Below are positions 57,224 through 64,000 of a DNA stretch of 64,000 bases, piece by piece (the stretch's first letter is position 1; each line of letters starts with the position of its first letter). A program made the position numbers and the translations under genes. The stretch comes from the human T2T-CHM13v2.0 reference genome, Homo sapiens: assembly GCF_009914755.1 (NCBI RefSeq), contig NC_060926.1; one strand, written 5' to 3'. The notes under the pieces were generated by a model, which made no database searches, was not told the DNA's origin, and was given only the letters and a program-made list of their open reading frames with translations.

Positions 57224-57727
57224 CAGGTGTCCCCAACCATGCTGGCACCAGGGACTGCTTTTGTGGAAGATAATTTTTCCAGGAACCTGAGGTGGGGGAT
57301 GGTTCCAGGATGATTCAAGTATATTACATTCATTGTGCACTTTATTTCTATTATTATTGATATATAATGAAATAATTATATCTCACCAAAATGTAGAATC
57401 AGTGGGAGCCCTGAGCTTGTTTTCCTGCAACTAGATGGTCCCATTTGGGGGTGACGGAAGATGGTGACAGATCAGAAAGGCATTCGATTCTCATAAGGAG
57501 TGAACAACCTATATCCCCCTGCATGAGCAACTTACAACAGGGTTCAGGTCACACTCAGGACAATCTAATGCCACCGCTGATCTGACAGGAGGAGGAGCTC
57601 GGGCGGTAATGCGAGCGACAGAGAGTGGCTGTAAACAGATGGAGCTTCACTTGCTCACCTGCCTCGAACCTCCTGCTGTGTGGCCCAGGTCCTAACAGGC
57701 CAGGGATTGCTAATGGTCTGTGTCCTG
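57224..57727. mobile_element. MER1A-like hAT-Charlie DNA transposon
   Basis: caggtgtccccaacc start; gtggaagataatttttcca, gattctcataaggag and aatctaatgccaccgctgatctgacaggagg motifs. Confidence 0.8.
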
Positions 57728-57954
57728 TAACCCATACTCTTTATGTTTATTGTTTGGAAACACTTTCTACTTATATTCTTGATTCCTATGTATTTTATGA
57801 ACAACTTAGAAATTCCTTTTAGAACAAGACAGGGTATAATATGTTTTTAACATAGGACTTTGAAATAATTTTATCTGTGTATGAGAGAGAGATGTGAAAT
57901 AAACTCATCGTTAAGCACTTTCCATTTTACTTTTATTTCATGCATATTAAAAAT

Positions 57955-59560
57955 AAAACTGGGAAGTCCTAGGCAGAGCAATTGGGCAAGAGAAATAAAG
58001 GGCATCCAAATTGGAAAAGAGGAAGTCAAACTATCTCTTCACCAATGATATTATCCTATACCTAGAAAACCCTAAAGACTCCTACAAAACACTCCTAGAT
58101 TTGATACATAAATTCAGTAAAGTCTCAGAGGTTACAAAATAAATGAATACCAATCAGTAGCACCACTATACACCAACTACAACCAAGCTGAGAGTTCATA
58201 TCAACAATCCAATCCCTTTTACAGTGGCTGCAAAAAAGTGTGAAGCACCTAGGAATATACTTAATGAAAAAAGTGAGTGATCTATATAAAGATAACTGGA
58301 AAACACCACCAAAGAAAATAACAGATGACACAAACAAATGAAAATACATCCTATGTTCATGGACTGAAAGAACTGATACAGTGAAAATGACCATAGTGCC
58401 CAAAGCAGTCTACACATTCTATACAATACCTACCAAAGTACCAATGTCATTCTTCACAGAATTATTTTAAAATGCTGACATTCATGTAGAACCACAAAAG
58501 AGCCTGAACAGCAACAGACATACCAAGCAAAAGGAACAAATATGTTGGCATCACATTACCTGACTTCAAATGATACTCTAAGACCACAGTAACAGAAGCA
58601 GCGTGGTACTCGTATAAAAACAGATACATAGATCAATGGAACAGAACAGACAACTCAGAAATAAAGCCACTACAACCAAGTGATCTCTGAGCAAGGATAC
58701 AAAAACATACACTGGAGAAAGTACAGGTTATTCAATAAATGGTGCTGGGAAAAAAAGATAGCCACATGTGGAAGAATGAAACTGGATCTCTATCTCTCAC
58801 CATATACAAAAATTAATTCAAGATGGATGAAAGGCCTAAACCTAAGACCTGAAAACATTGGCCTAGGCAAAGGATTTATGAGGAAGACCCTAAAAGCAAA
58901 TCCAACAAAAATGAAAATAAATAAATAAGACCTAATTAAACTAAAAAGCTTCAGCACAGCAAAAGAAATAATCATCAAACAACAACTTATACAATGGGAA
59001 AATTTTGAAAATTATGACGCTAACAAACGACTAATATCTATAACCTACAAGAAACTCAAACAAATCAACAGGAAAAACGCAAATAATTCCATTGGAAAGT
59101 GGCCAAATTACATGAATAGACATTTCTCAAAAGAAGAGGTACAAACGGTAAACAAGCATATAAAAACATGCTAAATATCTCTAATCATCAGGGAAATGTA
59201 CAATAAAACCACAGTGAGATATCACCTCACTGCAGCCAGAATGGCCACTATTAGAAATCAAAAAACAACAGATGTTGGTGTGGACGCGGTGAAAAGACAA
59301 CAGTGATACACTGCTGGTGGGAATGCAACTTCATACAAATCTATGGAAAACAGTATGGAGAGTTCTCAAAGAACTAAAAGTAGATCCTACCATTTTATCC
59401 AACATTCTCATTTCCAGATATCTACACAAAATAAAAGAAATCGTACTCTCAAAAGGACACCCGCACACATATGTTTACTGCAGCACAATTCACAATATGC
59501 AAAGATATGGAATCAACCAGTGTCCATCAACTGATGAGTGGAATAAAGAAAATGGACGTA
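57955..59560 (+). mobile_element. L1 (L1PB/L1MA-type) ORF2 3' fragment, antisense to POTE
   Basis: RLFNKWCWEK, LDLYLSPYTKINSRW and aaggcatccaaattggaaaagaggaagtcaaactatc motifs. Confidence 0.85.
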
Positions 59561-59639
59561 TATACATATATATATCTCACATCACATATATGTATCATAT
59601 ATATGTATGTGTGTATATACACTCACACATATACATATG

Positions 59640-60010
59640 TACATAGCTGAGACTGGGTAATTCACACACATACATACCTGAGACTAGGTAATTCATAAAG
59701 GAAAGAGGATTAATTGATTCACAGTTACGCATGGCTGGGGAGGCCTCAGGAAACTTAACAACCATGGTAGAAGGGGAAGGGGAAGCAGGCACCTTCTTCA
59801 TAAGGCGGCGGGAGAGAGAGAAGAGAGAAGTGAAGCGCAAAGAGCCCCTTATGAAACCGTCAGCTCTTGTGAGAACTCACTCACTATCACAAGAACAGCA
59901 TGGAGGAAACCGACCCCATGAGCCAATCACCTCCCAGCTGGTCTTTCCTCAACACCTGGTAATTACAATTTGACATGAGATTTGCATAGAAACACAAAGC
60001 CAAACTATTG
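59640..60010 (-). mobile_element. MST/THE1-type MaLR LTR
   Basis: cctgagactaggtaattcataaaggaaagagg...catggctggggaggcctcaggaaactta...gagaactcactcactatcacaagaacagca. Confidence 0.85.
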
Positions 60011-60917
60011 GGGGGGGGGGTATCCTTATTTTTAAAATATCTAAATGTCATTATTTATAATTCAAAATAGCAATTTTTATTACTTATGATTTTGTTTGAA
60101 AACAAAATGATCTCGTAAATTTTCTTCACTTTTAACCTATTCAGTCAAAATATAGAAAAAGCTAGATTTGCCAGCAGAAAATTGTTAACAACTTTTTAAT
60201 GAGATAAAAATGTATAACAATATCACTATTATTGTACAGAGAAAAAAGTGAACAAGAAAAGGAATTTAAAAACACAGAATATGACTATCACATACATACA
60301 TGAACTGACAAAGAGACTAAAATCTCCTACTGGAGATTATGTTAGGACTTGAGCAAAAGCTTCTTAAAATACCAAAAACAAAAACAAAACACTTATTTTT
60401 AAGAAATAAATTATACAGAGAACACTTCTGGTTAAGATGATGTATCAAAAAAAAAAAATCTTCGTGAGAGCTATTATTAACCAAGTCATCATAACCAAAA
60501 CTTTAAATCCACAATTCTGGAATATTAAAAAGTTTCTTTTTGAACATAGTTAATGGAAGGCAACTTTTGAACAGAAAATTTCTGGTTAAAGTTGACTCAA
60601 ACTTAGGAAAGAATTGACCTGTAGCCATGGTAACAAGAAGCCAGCCAGAGCCAGTTCAAAATCTAGTCAATCGATCAATGACCGACCACTGGCTGTGCTC
60701 ACCAACCAATATCAGTGTGAGCAGCTTGCTTCTGAAAGACAGCCAAGCAGCAACAGCTGCTCCATCAGAATAGACAGTGCCTGACCAGTATAGTCTTACT
60801 ATCGGAAGCAAAAAATTCCAACTGTCTTTTTATTTCAAATACCAAAGGTCCATAATCCCTTGGAAAGAATTTGTGAGTCCATTACATTTACCACCCTAAA
60901 AAAACTAAAATACTAGT

Positions 60918-61200
60918 GGCCGGATGTGGTGGCTTACACCTGTAATCCACCCAGGTGGGTGGACTGCCTGAGGTCAGGAGTTCAAGACCAGCCTGACAAA
61001 CAGGATGAAACCCCATCTCTACTAAAAATACAAAAATTAGCCGGGTGTCATGGCACGCACCTGTAATCCCAGCTCCTCAGGGGGCTGAGGTAGGAGAATC
61101 GCTTGAACCCAGGAGGCAGAGGTTGCAGTGAGCCGAGGTCACACCACTGCACTGCAGCCTGGGTGACAGAGCGAGACTCTGTCTCTAAATAAATAAAATA
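60918..61200 (+). mobile_element. AluS element with a small left-arm deletion
   Basis: Alu motifs; (TAAA) tail; imperfect TSD aaaatac(t/c)agt. Confidence 0.9.
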
Positions 61201-61728
61201 CCAGTAAAGTTTGTAATTTCTCTAACTCATTTTACCATAATTGCAATTATCATGATTACCAGTAAAAGAATAGTGAATAACCACAATATTGGGCTTTTCT
61301 CCCTAAGTGAAAAAATATTAATATAAAGAATGTAGCTTATTATAAAAAGCCGAAAGAATTTTTAAAATACATATAATTACCAGGCAAAATTGTTAAAATG
61401 AACCTTGTCAAACATTTTTTAAGTGAGAATCAATCAAACAATATACCCGGGATAAACTCCATTCATTCTTTTAATACCTATTTATTAGGTAGCTACGTCT
61501 GATAGGCTAGGCCTCTTTCTAGGAAGTGAGGATATGGTAATGAACAATAAAAACCCTATTCATGAGAGTGAGATAAACACACAATAACAACAGACAGATA
61601 CGGCAAAATACACAGTACGTTAGAGGAGAAAAACTAAAGCAGGAAAATGAAATCTTTATGTGTTTGATGGGAAGGGTGGTGGGAAAGTTGGGATGGCCAG
61701 AAAAATCCCTGCTGAGAAAGAGGATTTT

Positions 61729-62081
61729 TCTTTAATACAAAGAAACTTTTATTTGTACATCAAAGACTCTAAAAAATGATGATGTTAACAGAGTTGATGT
61801 CAAGACACAAACAGGTTTGAAGTTAAAGATGATAAATCACTTTGTTTCATTGAACCTTCCCTCAATTACGTTAGAGAGCATCCCTGGTATGTTCCCAATT
61901 GAATCTCAAGCCTGACGCGTCCTGATGATACAATCCTAATTCCTTTCTGTTAGTCCTCATTATCTCTCTTTTTTTTCATTTTCTTCATTTTCTCTGGATT
62001 AGGAATCGTGCTGGTACATGGTTCTTCCTCAGGAAGTGGTTATTCCTTAATGGGTTTCTTTTTACCCTTTTTCTTCTTCTT
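61729..62081 (-). pseudogene. 5'-truncated NOP58 processed retrocopy (C-terminal codons, 3'UTR and AATAAA)
   Basis: Translates KKKKKGKKKPIKE*PLPEEEPCTSTIPNPEKMKKMKKKRDNED* vs NOP58 C-terminus KKKHIKEEPLSEEEPCTSTAIASPEKKKKKKKKRENED; AATAAA at 61748-61753; TSD agaaag(a/g)ggatttt 61715-61728 / 62082-62095. Confidence 0.85.
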
Positions 62082-62913
62082 AGAAAGGGGATTTTAAGTA
62101 AAGAGCTGAAGTAATGGAAACAGTAAGCTAGAAGAATATCTGGGGAAAAAGCATTCCAGACACAGGGAACTGCTAAGTGCAGAGGTGTGCCTGGAGTCTT
62201 TAAGCACTAGGGATAGGTCAGGAATAGCAACAAGTTCAGTGTGGCTGAAACACAGCAATAGAGATAAGAAACAGAAGTTTCAGCAGGAGAGGTAACATGC
62301 CAGATGGTTTACTGCCTTTCAGTTATTAGGAGGAACTCTGCCACATACTCAGAGTGAAATAGGAGGCAATCAGAAGGGCTGGGGCAGAGGAATGACAACA
62401 TTTGACTTATGTTTTAAATACATCCACTGAGATAAGAATTGATGAAAGGGGAAGTTTTTAAAAACCAGGACTATCAATTCCCGTCTATGACACTCATCTA
62501 AACTGCAGATGACGGTGGCTCAGATGTACAAGATAGACTGGCCTCTGGATATATTCTTCAGATAGACCTGACAAGATTTACTGAGAGATAGATGTGAAGT
62601 GTCAGGACAGAGAGAAAGATCAGTCAAGAAGATCTTGACTGAGAGAGAAAGATCAGACACTGAGGTTTTTGGCAGAGCAACTGGAAGAGTTGCTGTTAAC
62701 CAAAGTAGGAAAGACTACATGAGGTGTAGATTTCAGGAAGGACATCAGTAGCCCAATTTTGGATCTGACAAGTGTGTGATACCCAACAGCTAATCAAATA
62801 GAGATGTCAAGTAGGTGGGATGATATAGAGATCTGGAATTAAGGAAAGAGATCTAAGTTGGAGACATACATTTGGAAATCACTAGCATATACACAGTAGA
62901 AAAAGTCACGAGG

Positions 62914-63305
<392 letters not shown>

Positions 63306-64000
63306 CTAGAAAGGCAGGAGGAAAAGCCTGAGGGAGTGAGGTCCTGAAAGCCAAGTGAAGACGCCATTAGGGAGGAGATGCCCTCCATTGGCTCAAATAT
63401 TGCTGACAGATTAAATGAGGTGTAAGAAAAATGCCTAGATTTAGTACAGAAAAAAATTAGTGATAATCTTGAGGAAAAATAGTTCTGGAGGAGTGCTGAA
63501 ATTGAAGACTTACCGGCATTGAGATCAAGAGTGAATGGAAAGAAAATTTGAGTTCATGAGTGTAGACAGTTCTTTAAGGACAATATACTTAACGCTCATG
63601 ACTGAGAATGATGTAATTTTCATCCACAGTCATGGAAAAGTGATAGACAAGAAATAGTAGCTTCCAAATTTTACATACCAGGTGGAGTTTTCAAATTTTA
63701 TGTAACCATTATATATTCTAAAGGTTATAAAAATTATACACATATGGCATTTAGAAATGTCAGACCAAGGTTTTAAAGGCCCTTTGAACATTTCTAGATT
63801 ACATAAGCTGATTATCATTTTGTTCATGCTTATACATAAAGACCAAGAAATACTAAAACTCTCAAGGAGAATATTTCTTGCTTGATAAAAATCAGCCAAT
63901 TCTAGGACAGTTGACACTCATCAAATATACGAAGTAATTGATCACAGTAAAATACTGAGTTCTATTAACAGGAATAAAGTGGGAGAAATGCAGAAAATAA

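Overview
This is human/hominid genomic DNA (Alu, L1, MIR, L2 and MaLR repeats; spliceosomal exons), not prokaryotic. It is a segmental-duplication mosaic of the 2q21-type POTE block. Left to right: five exon remnants of an unprocessed FAR2 pseudogene (minus strand), with an antisense KLF2 processed pseudogene in one intron; three CYP4F pseudogene exons (minus); a ~280-bp inverted repeat; an HSAT5-like satellite; a tandem and inverted composite of MaLR (MST) pieces; a 7.5-kb palindrome-rich higher-order array; L1/ERV debris; and the last two coding exons of a POTE-actin fusion gene (best recalled match POTEF, minus strand). The ACTB retrocopy split an ANKRD26-type exon, and a NOP58 retrocopy lies in the upstream POTE intron. 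The only credible CDS is POTE-actin. The most unusual object is the 40.8-48.3 kb array. It has a ~1.98-kb period and 23 copies of one ~60-90 bp arm in both orientations. Its parts look copied from the neighbourhood: a 61/62 match at 7727-7788 next to minus-strand poly(A) signals, and a 44-bp piece of the adjacent L1. It lies ~5 kb downstream of a POTE-actin gene whose AATAAA has mutated to GATAAA. A hairpin-RNA/target circuit is a testable hypothesis, not an established fact. Repeat subfamily names, paralog numbers and reference comparisons are from memory and were not searched.
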